Shown piece after piece: positions 39,402 through 50,005 of a stretch of 64,000 bases of DNA; position 1 is the stretch's first letter; every line of letters begins with the position of its first letter. The stretch is from an uncultured Nitrosopumilaceae archaeon (GTDB lineage Archaea; Thermoproteota; Nitrososphaeria; Nitrososphaerales; Nitrosopumilaceae). The position numbers were made by a program, and so were the translations under genes. Under the pieces are notes generated by a model. It searched no databases and was not told the DNA's origin. It saw only the letters and a program-made list of their open reading frames with translations. The stretch lies in the NCBI GenBank assembly GCA_942490965.1, contig CALNZF010000022.1:929-64928 (forward strand), written 5' to 3'.

Positions 39402-39944
39402 CTAGGGAATGATCGCACTAGTGCTAAGACCGACAGCTTCGCCAAAATAATATCCAGATAAGATAGTTCCAGTAGACCAAACACATGAACCTGCAAAAGT
39501 GTATGCCACAAATTTTGGAATTCTCATTTTAAGTAATCCAGCAGGAACTGAGATCATCTCCCTCATCACAGGAACCATCCTTCCCAAAAATACTGCCTTG
39601 TCGCCATATTTTTCAAACCAAATTTCTACTCGTTCTAATTTTTTTTCATTTACTTTGACATATTTCAAGTAACGAAGTAAAACTACACGTCCTAGTTTTA
39701 ATGCAATAAGATAGATTGCAGATGTTCCAATTGTTGCACCCATTCCCCCAAGTATGATCATTGGAATTAATCCCAACAAAGTTATTCCTTGCTGTGATGC
39801 AAGAAATCCAGCTGTTGGAAATATTGCCAATGTGGGAATAGGCGGAATAATAGTCTCAAGCAATGCAGCTAGGAATATCCCTTCATAGAGATGATCGCCT
39901 AAGAATTCTGCAATCCATATCAAAAAAGAATCAAATGGTTCCAT
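39402..39944 (-). CDS. DedA family membrane protein
   Basis: LETIIPPIP, AGF, FEKYG..AVFLGR.VP..R..IS.PAG. Confidence 0.92.
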   Translation of the reverse strand: MEPFDSFLIWIAEFLGDHLYEGIFLAALLETIIPPIPTLAIFPTAGFLASQQGITLLGLIPMIILGGMGATIGTSAIYLIALKLGRVVLLRYLKYVKVNEKKLERVEIWFEKYGDKAVFLGRMVPVMREMISVPAGLLKMRIPKFVAYTFAGSCVWSTGTILSGYYFGEAVGLSTSAIIP

Positions 39945-40022
39945 TTGCTTCTGAGAAAGAAATCACACTAAATTACCTTACGAGTAAAAACTACAACTCA
40001 TCAGTCACATTTTATACAAAAA

Positions 40023-40974
40023 TCAAGGCTTGAGAAAGACCTTCAAGGTATCAGGTTTCTTTGCATGCTTGATAGCTTCTGAAAAATTTTCCAATGGAAA
40101 TGTAGAATCAATCATGGAATCAACTGAAACAATTCCAGATGCCAGTGCATCTATTGCAGGTTTGAATAGTCCGCAGCGAGAACCAATCAAGGTAATTTCA
40201 TTGACAACTGTCGGAGTCAAGTCCAGATTTTCCCGTGATGCAATAGTTGATTTCAGTATTACAGTCCCACGAGGTTTGATCAATTTCATAGTGTCTGCAA
40301 ATCCAGAATTACTTCCAGTAGCTTCTACTACCAAATCAAAAGATTGCTCATCAGATGGTTCTATGCCGATTTTAATTTTAACTCCACTATTTACCAAACT
40401 CTCAAGCTTACTTGCGTGTTTACCAAAGCATGTCAAATTGGGGCATGTCAATTTTAAAACCTGAATAATTAATTGAGCTAATCGCCCATCACCAACTACA
40501 GCTACACTCCATTGCGGTTGCAATGTTACCTGTTCTTTAATCTCAAATGCAGCAGCGTAGTGGTTCAACAAATACAGCTTGCTCATCAGTCACACTATCA
40601 GGAATTACATGCAGATTTTTTTCAGGCAATGAAAGAAATTCAGCAAATGCGCCATCTCGTTTTAAAATTCCAAGTACTGTTCTGTTGGGACAATGTCTGG
40701 CCATTCCTCGCTCACAGGACTCACATGTCCCACATCCAGCATTGATCTCACCTACAACTCGTTTTCCAACCAAATCAGGGTTATCAGATTTCTCCACAGT
40801 TCCTACAAATTCATGACCCAAAATTCCATCATATGCCATATAGCCATCTAGAATTTCCAAGTCGGTTCCACAAATTCCAGCCAAATTTACTCTAACTAGT
40901 ACCTCTCCAGGTTTTGGATCAGTATAGTCATCATGATAGATCATATTTTTTCCATCAAAGAAAGTTGCCTTCAT
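40023..40974 (-). CDS. Zinc-binding alcohol dehydrogenase family protein, split by a frameshift near 40557
   Basis: GICGTD, GHEFVG, CGTCESC..C in the first ORF; EPL then AAAFEI in another frame; GDGRLA in the second ORF. Confidence 0.88.
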
Positions 40975-41060
40975 AAAAAGATCAATGTTGCATTCTAATT
41001 TTAAAATACTGGAATTTTAAAAAAATAAAAGCTTATTTCCAAATAATTTAATGATTATAC

Positions 41061-41426
41061 ATGCCAAGAATTTCTCATTTTGATATTCCAGTTGACGATC
41101 CAGAAAGGGCACAAAAGTTCTACGGCGATGTATTTGATTGGAAATTTGAGAAATGGGATGGACCAGTGGATTACTGGATGGCAAAGACTGGAACAGAGGA
41201 ACCAGGGATTGATGGAGGCCTCTCAAAAAGAATACCTGGACAGATGGGAATGACAAATACAATTAATGTTCCATCAATTGATGAATTTACAAAAAAAATT
41301 ATTAAGAATGGAGGGCATTTGCTCATTCCAAAAATGGCAATTCTAAAAGTGGGATGGTTTGCACAATGTGCAGATACTGAAGGCAACATGTTTGGCATTA
41401 TAGAATTAGATGAGAAAGCAAAATGA
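41061..41426 (+). CDS. VOC/glyoxalase family protein
   Basis: HFDIPVDD..RA.KFY..VFDW, DTEGNMFGI. Confidence 0.9.
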   Translation: MPRISHFDIPVDDPERAQKFYGDVFDWKFEKWDGPVDYWMAKTGTEEPGIDGGLSKRIPGQMGMTNTINVPSIDEFTKKIIKNGGHLLIPKMAILKVGWFAQCADTEGNMFGIIELDEKAK

Positions 41427-41467
41427 GACCAACTAAATTAATAATCAGATAGAATACAAATCTTCAA

Positions 41468-41887
41468 TTGAGTTACAAGTTTTTAGATCATGCAACGGAT
41501 GCCATTATCGAGGTTACAGCTAAAGATCTTAAAGAAGCATTTGCAGTAGCAGCTGAGGCAGAAATTAATCTAACACTAGACCAAGACAAGGTTGAAGAAA
41601 AAGGACAGATGAAGTTCTCAGCAAACGGAAAAGACTTGCATTATCTTTTGTTTAGCTGGCTAGAAGAGATACCATTTATTCTAATTACTGAAGGATTTGC
41701 AATCAAAAGACTCGAATTTGATATTGAAGAAAATAACGGATACAAAATCAATGCAATAGCATATGGAGAGACATTAGATGTGAAAAAGCATAATTTCAAA
41801 GTAGAAATCAAGGCCCCAACATTTTACGATATGAAAATCAGAGAAAATGATGATGGCGTCTACATGCGATTCTTGTTAGATCTCTAA
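41468..41887 (+). CDS. Archease
   Basis: YKFLDHATD, EIKAPTFY, LLDL C-terminus. Confidence 0.92.
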   Translation: MSYKFLDHATDAIIEVTAKDLKEAFAVAAEAEINLTLDQDKVEEKGQMKFSANGKDLHYLLFSWLEEIPFILITEGFAIKRLEFDIEENNGYKINAIAYGETLDVKKHNFKVEIKAPTFYDMKIRENDDGVYMRFLLDL

Positions 41888-41930
41888 ATATGGTGAATAA
41901 TTCTTCTCAATTCTCTAGAACAAATTATAC

Positions 41931-43583
41931 GTGTTTTTTAAAAGACTTGGCTGTAAAGACACTATCGTGAGAACAAATCTAGGACTATTTGCAGTATTTT
42001 CATTAATTATTCTAATGATTGTACCTGTTCATGCTGAAGTGACAGAAGTATCCCTTGGAAAAAATTTCTATACAGTTGATGAAAAAATAATATTTTCAGG
42101 TAGTGAAAATGAAGGTAGCGTATTAGTAAATGTAGTAGTAAAAGATCCTAATGGAAAATCAAAATTATTGGGAGGTTTTTCTGATCCTGAAGGAGTGTTT
42201 GAAACAATCCCACAGTCAGTAGAAAATATTTTTTCTGCAATTGGAACTTACAATGCAACAGCATTTGTAGATAAAATTGAGAATGGGACTAGTTTTCTTT
42301 TAGAATTTGATGGGGAGAAAGTATTCGAAGTTCCTGATGTTGTCTTAGAGATAAATGCAATCTCAGATAAAACAGTTGAGGTTGAAAAGACAATTACATT
42401 TACAGCTAGTCTTATTGATAATTCAATTCAAAATGCAGCATATAGTTTAAAGAATGCACCAACAGGTGCTACAATTGATTCAAGTACAGGGAAATTTGTT
42501 TGGACTCCATCAAAATCTCACGGGAATATTCAGGATGTAAATTATAATTTTGACATCATAGTAAAAGCAGGAAGTCAGGAAGATAAAGAAAACATTACAA
42601 TTACAGTAAAGCAAGCATATGTAGAACCAGTAAAAAATCCTGAACCAAAAGCAGAGCCAGAACCAGTTGTTGAAGAACCGAAAGAGTCAGGGATTGCACC
42701 ATTTGTTGATCCAAACTTGGATCCACAATACTATGTTGACAGGTATAACAATGAGGCAACCTACAAGAAATGGTTTGATGAGAACTTTGCAGAGTATGAT
42801 TCCATTTATCAAGCAGTTGGATTAGAAGAGCCAGTTACATTAGCACCATTTGTTGATAAAACAAAAGATCCGCAGAGCTATGTTGACAGGTATAACAATG
42901 AGGCAACCTACAAGAAATGGTTTGATGAGAACTTTGCAGAGTATGATTCCATTTATCAAGCAGTTGGATTAGAAGAGCCAGTTACATTAGCACCATTTGT
43001 TGATCCAAACTTGGATCCACAATACTATGTTGACAGGTATAACAAGGAAACAACCTACAAGAAATGGTTTGATGAGAACTTTGCAGAGTATGATTCCATT
43101 TATCAAGCAGTTGGATTAGAAGAGCCAGAAATTATTGAACAAGAATATGGAGAATGTGGGGAAGGAACTGATCTAGTTAATGGAATGTGTGTAATTGTAG
43201 ATAATTCTGAAGGCGGTGGCTGTCTTATTGCTACTGCAACATATGGTTCTGAAATGGCACCACAAGTTCAATTCCTAAGAGAGATCAGAGACAACCAGTT
43301 GATGAGTACAGAATCTGGAATGTCATTTATGAGCGGATTTAACCAACTGTACTATTCATTTTCACCAACAATTGCCGATTTGGAGAGAGAAAACCCTCTT
43401 TTCAAAGAAGCTGTGAAACTTTCAATCACACCACTACTATCTTCACTATCTGTAATGTCATATGCAGAAACAGATTCTGAAGTGATGGGATACGGAATTG
43501 GTGTGATATTGATGAATTTGGGAATGTATGTCGGAATACCGGCAATAATAATTTTCAAAACCAGAAAATATATCAAAATCTAA
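41931..43583 (+). CDS. Surface protein: Ig/cadherin-like domain, three 49-aa repeats, CFI-box-CTERM domain
   Basis: Signal peptide; APTGATIDSSTGKFVWTP; GGGCLIATATYGSE...LREIRD; C-terminal TM. Confidence 0.88.
   Translation: MFFKRLGCKDTIVRTNLGLFAVFSLIILMIVPVHAEVTEVSLGKNFYTVDEKIIFSGSENEGSVLVNVVVKDPNGKSKLLGGFSDPEGVFETIPQSVENIFSAIGTYNATAFVDKIENGTSFLLEFDGEKVFEVPDVVLEINAISDKTVEVEKTITFTASLIDNSIQNAAYSLKNAPTGATIDSSTGKFVWTPSKSHGNIQDVNYNFDIIVKAGSQEDKENITITVKQAYVEPVKNPEPKAEPEPVVEEPKESGIAPFVDPNLDPQYYVDRYNNEATYKKWFDENFAEYDSIYQAVGLEEPVTLAPFVDKTKDPQSYVDRYNNEATYKKWFDENFAEYDSIYQAVGLEEPVTLAPFVDPNLDPQYYVDRYNKETTYKKWFDENFAEYDSIYQAVGLEEPEIIEQEYGECGEGTDLVNGMCVIVDNSEGGGCLIATATYGSEMAPQVQFLREIRDNQLMSTESGMSFMSGFNQLYYSFSPTIADLERENPLFKEAVKLSITPLLSSLSVMSYAETDSEVMGYGIGVILMNLGMYVGIPAIIIFKTRKYIKI
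42696..43128 (+). repeat. Three tandem 147 bp repeats (PFVD...YVDRYNNEATYKKWFDENFAEYDSIYQAVGLEEP)
   Basis: Copies start at 42696, 42843, 42990; near-identical DNA. Confidence 0.95.
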
Positions 43584-43657
43584 ATTTTCAGACAGGGTAA
43601 ACCTCAATTGATCTAATGGGTAGTGAAATTTATTATCTGATTATTTAACTTTGGATA

Positions 43658-46417
43658 ATGAACACTAGTCATCCTTTGAAAAATAAAATAATTTTTAGTC
43701 TATTATTCACACTTTGTATCGCATCTATCCAATTTGCATATGCTGAGCCTGAATTTTCTTTTGAATTTGGCACATCTGGAACAGGAAACGGTCAGCTAAA
43801 CAACCCTACAGACGTGATATTAGATAAAAATGGAAAAAACATCTACGTTGTAGATAGCAACAATGACAGAATTAGTGTCTTTGAGGATGATGGAGATTTT
43901 GATTTTAATTATGGAACATTTTGTGACATTGCAGTAATTCAAAATTGTAATGATAATGCAGATGGGGCAGATGATGATGGAGACGGGCAATTTGAAAATC
44001 CAATCAGTATTGCAAGGGATGCATTAGGGAAATTTTTAGTAGTGGATTCTGATAATCAGCGAGTTCAAATCTTTGATGATGATGGAGAATTCCAATCAAA
44101 ATTCGGTTCATCAAATAGTGCATTAGATGAGTATCTGGGCTCTGCTAAAGGAATCGTAATTCAAGAATCAACAAGGGAAATTCTCGTCTCAAATATTGAA
44201 ACAGATTCAATATCAGTGTTTGATTCAACAGGAGATTTTATGTTTGAATTTGATTCCTTTAATGGAAATGATGATTTTAAAAATCCAACAAATATGATCA
44301 TCGATAATTCAAATCAAATTCTATATGTTTCAGATTCTGGAAACGACAGAATAGTAATTTTCGAACTAGTTACTGGCACTACTTGTCCTAGTGGAACAGA
44401 TGAAGCAGTAGATGGAGTATGTTTTGTTGAAGAATTTGGAACTACAGGTACAGATGATGGAGAATTTGATGATCCAGCCGGACTTGCATATGATACAGCA
44501 AATGATTTGTTATATGTTGCAGATTCAGATAATGATAGAATTCAAGTGTTTGAGATAGTTGATGGAAACACTTGTCCTAGTGGAACAGATGAGATAATTA
44601 ATGGAGTATGTTTTGTTGAAGAATTTGGCACATCTGGAACAGGGGATGGTCAATTTGACACACCGATTGGAATCGCACTTGATACAATTAATGATTTGTT
44701 GGTAGTTGCAGATTCAGATAATGATAGAATTCAAGTGTTTGAACTTAATTCGGGACCAGTAGTTTTACTTCCTAGCAAACCTGATAATCTTAAAGCATCA
44801 CCTGTTTCTCCAACTTCAATAATACTTTCATGGTCAGAGCCAGACATGGCAGGAAATGTCCCTGCAATTACAGGTTACAAGATAGAATACAAAATTGGCT
44901 CAAATGATTACATTCCAATTACAGAAAACACAGCAAGTAAAACCACATCATTTATTCATCAAGGATTAGATTCAGATGAAACTTATTCTTATCGCGTCTA
45001 CTCAATAAATTCAGCAGGTACAAGTGTTTCATCACCTGTTACATCAATTAAACCGCAACATACAACAACACCAACTGCATTAACTGCTACTGCAATTTCA
45101 CCTAATCAAATCAAACTTTCTTGGTTGCCACCATCAGAAACATTTGGACAAACAATTAGTGGTTATAAAATTCTACGAGAAATTAATACGGGAATATATG
45201 ATGACACTATAGGAAGTACAAATGCAGGAACTACAAAATTTACCGTATCTAATTTACAAACTGACAAGACATACACGTATGCAGTAAGTGCAAACATCGG
45301 ATATGGTTCCACAGGTGAATCACCATCAGCATCAGCTACTCCACGAGAAGATTCAGTCAATGTAGTAGATGATCCAATTACATCAACTGCAGTTCAAATG
45401 GCAAAACCATCACCACCGATAAAATTAACTGCGTCAGTTGTTTCACCAACTCAAATTAACCTAGCATGGAGTCCTCCAGTAGAGGATGGAAATACTCCAA
45501 TCACAGGTTACAAAGTCGAAGTAAAAAGAGACAGCAATCCTTACACAACACTAGTTGCAGATACAGAAAGTACTGGAAGAACATATTCTCATACGAATCT
45601 TATAACAAATTCAAAGTACACATACAAAGTTTCAGCAATCAATATTGTAGGAACAAGTAATACATCAAACGAATTTTCTGCTACTCCAAAGTCAACTAAT
45701 ATCGAAATTAGTCCATTAGGCAAGTTAAACATCGATGAAGGCAAATTATTGCTATTTACAGTCAAGCTTTTAGATAATTCAGTCAGTAATGTGGTGTTTA
45801 GTTTGGACAAGAACCCACCAGCAGGTGCTAAAATCATATCAAACACAGGAGTATTTTCATGGACACCAACAAGTTCTGATGGCGGAAAAACATACACCAT
45901 AGATATCGTTGCAAAAAAAGACGGAATTGAGGATAGAGAAACAGTAACCATAACTGTAAACGATGCAATTACAAGTTCACAACCAGAACCAGTGGAAGAA
46001 CCAAAAGAGTCAGGAATTGCATCCTTTGTTGATGAAACAAAAGATCCGCAGAGCTATGTTGACAGATACAATAACGAGGCAACATACAAGAAATGGTTTG
46101 ATGAGAACTTTGCAGAGTATGATTCCATCTATCAGGCGGTTGGATTAGAAGAGCCATTACTTATTCCAGCATCCTTTGTTGATGAAACAAAAGATCCGCA
46201 GAGCTATGTTGACAGATACAATAACGAGGCAACATACAAGAAATGGTTTGATGAGAACTTTGCAGAGTATGATTCCATCTATCAGGCGGTTGGATTAGAA
46301 GAGCCAGTTGTTAAAGAGAAAAAGTTTGGTATTTGTGGTACTGGGACAAAACTAATCGATGGAGTATGCACAATTGTGGAGAAACCATCAGTAAAGCCTT
46401 GGTGGCAATTCTGGTGA
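43658..46417 (+). CDS. Surface protein: NHL repeats, three FN3 domains, Ig/cadherin-like domain, two 50-aa repeats
   Basis: GQL..P..V...YV.DS.N.RI.VF units; L.W..P...ITGYKI units; C-terminal KPWWQFW. Confidence 0.9.
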   Translation: MNTSHPLKNKIIFSLLFTLCIASIQFAYAEPEFSFEFGTSGTGNGQLNNPTDVILDKNGKNIYVVDSNNDRISVFEDDGDFDFNYGTFCDIAVIQNCNDNADGADDDGDGQFENPISIARDALGKFLVVDSDNQRVQIFDDDGEFQSKFGSSNSALDEYLGSAKGIVIQESTREILVSNIETDSISVFDSTGDFMFEFDSFNGNDDFKNPTNMIIDNSNQILYVSDSGNDRIVIFELVTGTTCPSGTDEAVDGVCFVEEFGTTGTDDGEFDDPAGLAYDTANDLLYVADSDNDRIQVFEIVDGNTCPSGTDEIINGVCFVEEFGTSGTGDGQFDTPIGIALDTINDLLVVADSDNDRIQVFELNSGPVVLLPSKPDNLKASPVSPTSIILSWSEPDMAGNVPAITGYKIEYKIGSNDYIPITENTASKTTSFIHQGLDSDETYSYRVYSINSAGTSVSSPVTSIKPQHTTTPTALTATAISPNQIKLSWLPPSETFGQTISGYKILREINTGIYDDTIGSTNAGTTKFTVSNLQTDKTYTYAVSANIGYGSTGESPSASATPREDSVNVVDDPITSTAVQMAKPSPPIKLTASVVSPTQINLAWSPPVEDGNTPITGYKVEVKRDSNPYTTLVADTESTGRTYSHTNLITNSKYTYKVSAINIVGTSNTSNEFSATPKSTNIEISPLGKLNIDEGKLLLFTVKLLDNSVSNVVFSLDKNPPAGAKIISNTGVFSWTPTSSDGGKTYTIDIVAKKDGIEDRETVTITVNDAITSSQPEPVEEPKESGIASFVDETKDPQSYVDRYNNEATYKKWFDENFAEYDSIYQAVGLEEPLLIPASFVDETKDPQSYVDRYNNEATYKKWFDENFAEYDSIYQAVGLEEPVVKEKKFGICGTGTKLIDGVCTIVEKPSVKPWWQFW
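46019..46306 (+). repeat. Two tandem 150 bp repeats of the same module as 42696-43128
   Basis: Copies start at 46019 and 46169; identical over ~138 bp. Confidence 0.95.
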
Positions 46418-46463
46418 TAAATTAAAAGCTAAGTTTTAATCACAATAGTTTTTTTAGTAAACA

Positions 46464-46628
46464 ATGGGTAAACTTGGTAGAAATCTTAGAATTTGTGGAG
46501 AATGTGGAATTGCATATACTTCAGTTAGCTTTACTAGATATATTGATCAGTGCCCAATTTGTAAATCTAGAAGATTTGAATCAATTCCAGTAAAATCTAT
46601 AGATGAACAGAAACAATCCTCAACATAG
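46464..46628 (+). CDS. Small zinc-ribbon protein (54 aa)
   Basis: Hand-translated MGKLGRNLRICGECG...DQCPICKSRRF. Confidence 0.7.
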   Translation: MGKLGRNLRICGECGIAYTSVSFTRYIDQCPICKSRRFESIPVKSIDEQKQSST

Positions 46629-46659
46629 ATTTTTTAGTAGAACTGAATTTTTAAGAACA

Positions 46660-47061
46660 TTGTCTGAAGATCCAGAAATTGCAAAAATTATGCAAAAAAA
46701 GATGGAAGAGATGCTCAAACCAAAACCAGAGGCCAAAATTGAGCCTGGAATCATTGATTTGAATGACTCTAATTTTGATCAAATAATATCTGCTGAGAAT
46801 CCAACTCTGGTTGATTTTTGGGCAGAATGGTGTGGCCCATGCAAATCAATGCATCCAATATTTGAGAGTCTCTCAAAGACATATCCAAATGTGAAATTTG
46901 CTCGAGTCAATGTAGATAATAATCAAAACATATCAATGAAGTTTGCAGTGCAATCAATTCCCACATTTATCATGTTAAAGTCAGGACAAATAGTAGATAA
47001 AATGATGGGAGCAGTAGGTGCACCTGGAATTCATATGATTTGTAAAAAACATTCCAAATAA
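46660..47061 (+). CDS. trxA: Thioredoxin
   Basis: DFWAEWCGPCK, SIPT; TTG 46660 preferred because 46603 overlaps the upstream zinc-ribbon ORF. Confidence 0.93.
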   Translation: MSEDPEIAKIMQKKMEEMLKPKPEAKIEPGIIDLNDSNFDQIISAENPTLVDFWAEWCGPCKSMHPIFESLSKTYPNVKFARVNVDNNQNISMKFAVQSIPTFIMLKSGQIVDKMMGAVGAPGIHMICKKHSK

Positions 47062-47124
47062 GACATTTTTTTGTAGTTCAAATTGCACAACTAACGATAT
47101 TTCTTTAAATTTTTTCATAGTAAT

Positions 47125-47358
47125 GTGATGAAAAAGGCGGGAAAGATTGATTTGGACAAGCAGGCATTATCTGAACTTGCATGTGAGGATGCAATAATTT
47201 CAGACAAGCAAAGGTTTGGAAGAGTATACGAAATATCATTTACCGCAGATGATGGTAATGGTGGTTCATGTACAGGTTCTGTAACAGTTGGTGTCCCACA
47301 CGACAAAAAAGACACTCCAGAAAATAGCGGAACCATATACGACTCTACAGTAGAATAA
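47125..47358 (+). pseudogene. Probable remnant C-terminus of a secreted beta-sandwich protein
   Basis: GRVYEISFTADDGNGGSCTGSVTVGVPHD resembles a surface-protein terminal module; no signal peptide. Confidence 0.45.
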
Positions 47359-47389
47359 ACAATCTACTTTTCTTTTTTATTTTTTTAAT

Positions 47390-49171
47390 CTAGTAACCGT
47401 ATACGGGTTCAATCTCTCTTTGAATTCTTACAATGTCGTTGAACACTTCTTGCTCCTCACTAGATAGCTTGTGCATGAATTTCTGGAGAATTTGTTTTGC
47501 CTCGTGTGATGGTGGGAATGTATAGTATACTTCTTCCTCAAAGATTTGTCTGCCAATTGTGACATCTTTTACAGAACATGCCACCTCGTCTCCTGCTTTT
47601 GCAGAAGAGACGGTTTTTTTGTCCAGTTGCAGTTGGTGAATGTACCCTACTTTGTGTCCTGCCATATTCATAAATGGGATTTTGTGTTTTAGATTTCCAA
47701 CATCGACACGAACGCCAAATACTGCAGGATTGTTATTTCTAAACACCATTCCTTTCATGAATGAGAATTTCGATATGGGTGTCAGCTCTGCAAACATTGC
47801 ATCTTCTTCATTTGCAGAGTCTTCCTCAACCCAGGCGTTATAGTTGTCAATCAAACTGTAAATCACTTTGTCCTCAAATAATTTGATGTGACTTGTTTCT
47901 GATTCATCTTGCGCATCTTCTAACAATTTGACATTGAATGCCAAAACAACTCCCAGATGTCGGTCTTTTTCTTTGATAGCTTTGGCTTCAATTACATCTC
48001 GTCTAGTTACAGGGCCAATGTCAGCTTTTGCAACAGGGACTTGAGAGCGCTTTAGCATCTCAATTATGGCCTCAAGTGAGCCTATGGTATCGCATTTTAG
48101 AATAACTCCATTAGTTTCAGTATCAACAAATACCGATTTCATCTCAGACTCTATGAGTTTGGTATATTTTGCAATCTCCTCATTATTTGTTGCAACATAA
48201 AGAGTACTTCCTGGAAGAACCCCCTCAAGATCAGGTGATGCAATTTTGAATCCAGCTGCTGCTTCCACTTGAGAAACAGGCTTGAATTTATCACGAGGAT
48301 CGCGCATTTCATCAAGAGGTTTTGGTAAAAGTAATGCCTTAGGTTTTGTAACTATTACGCCATCACGTTTTGCAACAACGATGCTGTTTTCTTTTTTTAT
48401 GATACCGTCAATTAGAATTACATTTGCAGTTTGGCCCAACCCAACCTCATCTTTTACTTCAAGTACAATTCCACGGGGTTCTTTTTCATCTTGATTCAAT
48501 CTGTTTTGCAGATACTGTTGTGTCAAACCAACTAAAACACTGAGCAATTCAGGGATACCAACTCCAGAACGAGCAGAGATTGGAACTATGGCAATTTCTG
48601 ATTTAAAGTCCTGTACACGGTAGAATGCTTCTGATTTGTATCCCAAAATGGACAAAGTTCCCACAACATCATACACTTTTTGATCCAAATCAGCTTGAAT
48701 TGATGCATCTTGCTCCTTGATTGATTGGCTGATGAATTTCGTATCAGACTTTCGCCATCCAGATATTTGATCACATTTGTTTAGCGCTACAACAAATGGT
48801 ACTTTTCTACTTTGTAAAATTTTCAGACTTTCATTTGTTTGTGGTTGAAATCCACGATTAACATCAACTACCAGTATTGCAATATCAGCAGCAGATCCCC
48901 CTCTAGAACGAAGATTTGTAAACACTTCGTGTCCTGGCGTATCAATTACCAATAGTCCAGGAACTTTATTTTCGGATTGTTCTAGTTTTTTGTATAGAGG
49001 ACCACACATTTCTTTAATTGTCTCAGTCGGAAGAAAACTTGCACCTATGTGTTGAGTAATTCCACCAGCTTCTCTTCCCTGAACACCCGTACCACGAATT
49101 CTGTCCAAGAGAGATGTTTTTCCAGAGTCTACGTGACCAAGAACTGCCACTATGGGCTGACGAATATGCAA
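47390..49171 (-). CDS. infB: Translation initiation factor aIF5B (IF-2)
   Basis: GHVDSGKT, REAGGITQHIGA, IDTPGH, NKCD. Confidence 0.97.
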   Translation of the reverse strand: MHIRQPIVAVLGHVDSGKTSLLDRIRGTGVQGREAGGITQHIGASFLPTETIKEMCGPLYKKLEQSENKVPGLLVIDTPGHEVFTNLRSRGGSAADIAILVVDVNRGFQPQTNESLKILQSRKVPFVVALNKCDQISGWRKSDTKFISQSIKEQDASIQADLDQKVYDVVGTLSILGYKSEAFYRVQDFKSEIAIVPISARSGVGIPELLSVLVGLTQQYLQNRLNQDEKEPRGIVLEVKDEVGLGQTANVILIDGIIKKENSIVVAKRDGVIVTKPKALLLPKPLDEMRDPRDKFKPVSQVEAAAGFKIASPDLEGVLPGSTLYVATNNEEIAKYTKLIESEMKSVFVDTETNGVILKCDTIGSLEAIIEMLKRSQVPVAKADIGPVTRRDVIEAKAIKEKDRHLGVVLAFNVKLLEDAQDESETSHIKLFEDKVIYSLIDNYNAWVEEDSANEEDAMFAELTPISKFSFMKGMVFRNNNPAVFGVRVDVGNLKHKIPFMNMAGHKVGYIHQLQLDKKTVSSAKAGDEVACSVKDVTIGRQIFEEEVYYTFPPSHEAKQILQKFMHKLSSEEQEVFNDIVRIQREIEPVYGY

Positions 49172-49177
49172 ATCAGA

Positions 49178-49579
49178 TCACTCAAATGCTACCCTCGATT
49201 CGTGATCAAAACTTTCTTGTGAATCCGATGCGTGAATAATATTTTCACTAAATCCCAATCCAAAGTCTCCTCTGATAGAACCAGGGTCTGCCTCAAATGA
49301 TTTTGTTGCACCAATCATAATTCTTGTAGTTGCAATTGCATTGTTTCCTTCAATGATAGCAGCTACAACAGGTCCTGATGTGATAAATGATGTTAGCTCA
49401 CCAAAGAATGGTTTGTCTTTGTGAACACCATAGAAATTTTCAGCTTGTGCTTGAGTGAATGTAAACATCTTTAGTTTCAAAAGTTTGAATCCTTTCCTTT
49501 CAAATCTTGTTACAACCTCGCCAACTAGATTTCTAGCTACGGCATCCGGCTTTACTATGAATAATGATTGTTCAGTCTA
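49178..49579 (-). CDS. ndk: Nucleoside diphosphate kinase (start codon reads TAG)
   Basis: TEQSLFIVKPDAV upstream in frame; PGSIRGDF, NIIHASDS. Confidence 0.93.
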
Positions 49580-49584
49580 TTCTA

Positions 49585-49782
49585 CTACTTTCTAATTCCG
49601 CCTTTAACGTATTTTTTGGTCCACTTTAGTTTTCTTGGATCACGTTTTAGGACTAGACCATTCTTTTTGCATTTTGAAGAAAAAAACCATAGAACTGTTC
49701 CATCATTTTTAGCAAGCATAGTACCAGATCCTTTTGCAACTGGTCTATCACAGAAATTACATGGTTTAACTAAAAGACTCAT
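49585..49782 (-). CDS. rpl24e: 50S ribosomal protein L24e
   Basis: CNFC...G.G.M....DG....F.SSKC...RDPRKLKWT. Confidence 0.95.
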   Translation of the reverse strand: MSLLVKPCNFCDRPVAKGSGTMLAKNDGTVLWFFSSKCKKNGLVLKRDPRKLKWTKKYVKGGIRK

Positions 49783-49792
49783 ATCATATCAC

Positions 49793-50005
49793 CTAATGAA
49801 TTTTCTTTGCTTCTCTCTCAGTTTCTCTTAGCATAAGAATTTCTCCCATTCTAACAGAACCTTTTACATTTCTTGTAAGAATTCTACCTTTATCCTTACC
49901 AGTAAGAACTTTAACTCTAACTTGAATTACTTCACCAGCAATGCCAGTTCTACCAACAATTTGAATAATTTCAGACTGAACTACTTCTTCAGCGTTTTGA
50001 CTCAT
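49793..50005 (-). CDS. rps28e: 30S ribosomal protein S28e
   Basis: [32 protein letters not shown]. Confidence 0.96.
   Translation of the reverse strand: MSQNAEEVVQSEIIQIVGRTGIAGEVIQVRVKVLTGKDKGRILTRNVKGSVRMGEILMLRETEREAKKIH

Noticed and set aside
42696-46306. Diversity-generating retroelement template/variable repeats
   Set aside because: Differences between copies are not adenine-specific, all copies are in-frame coding repeats, and no reverse transcriptase is present.
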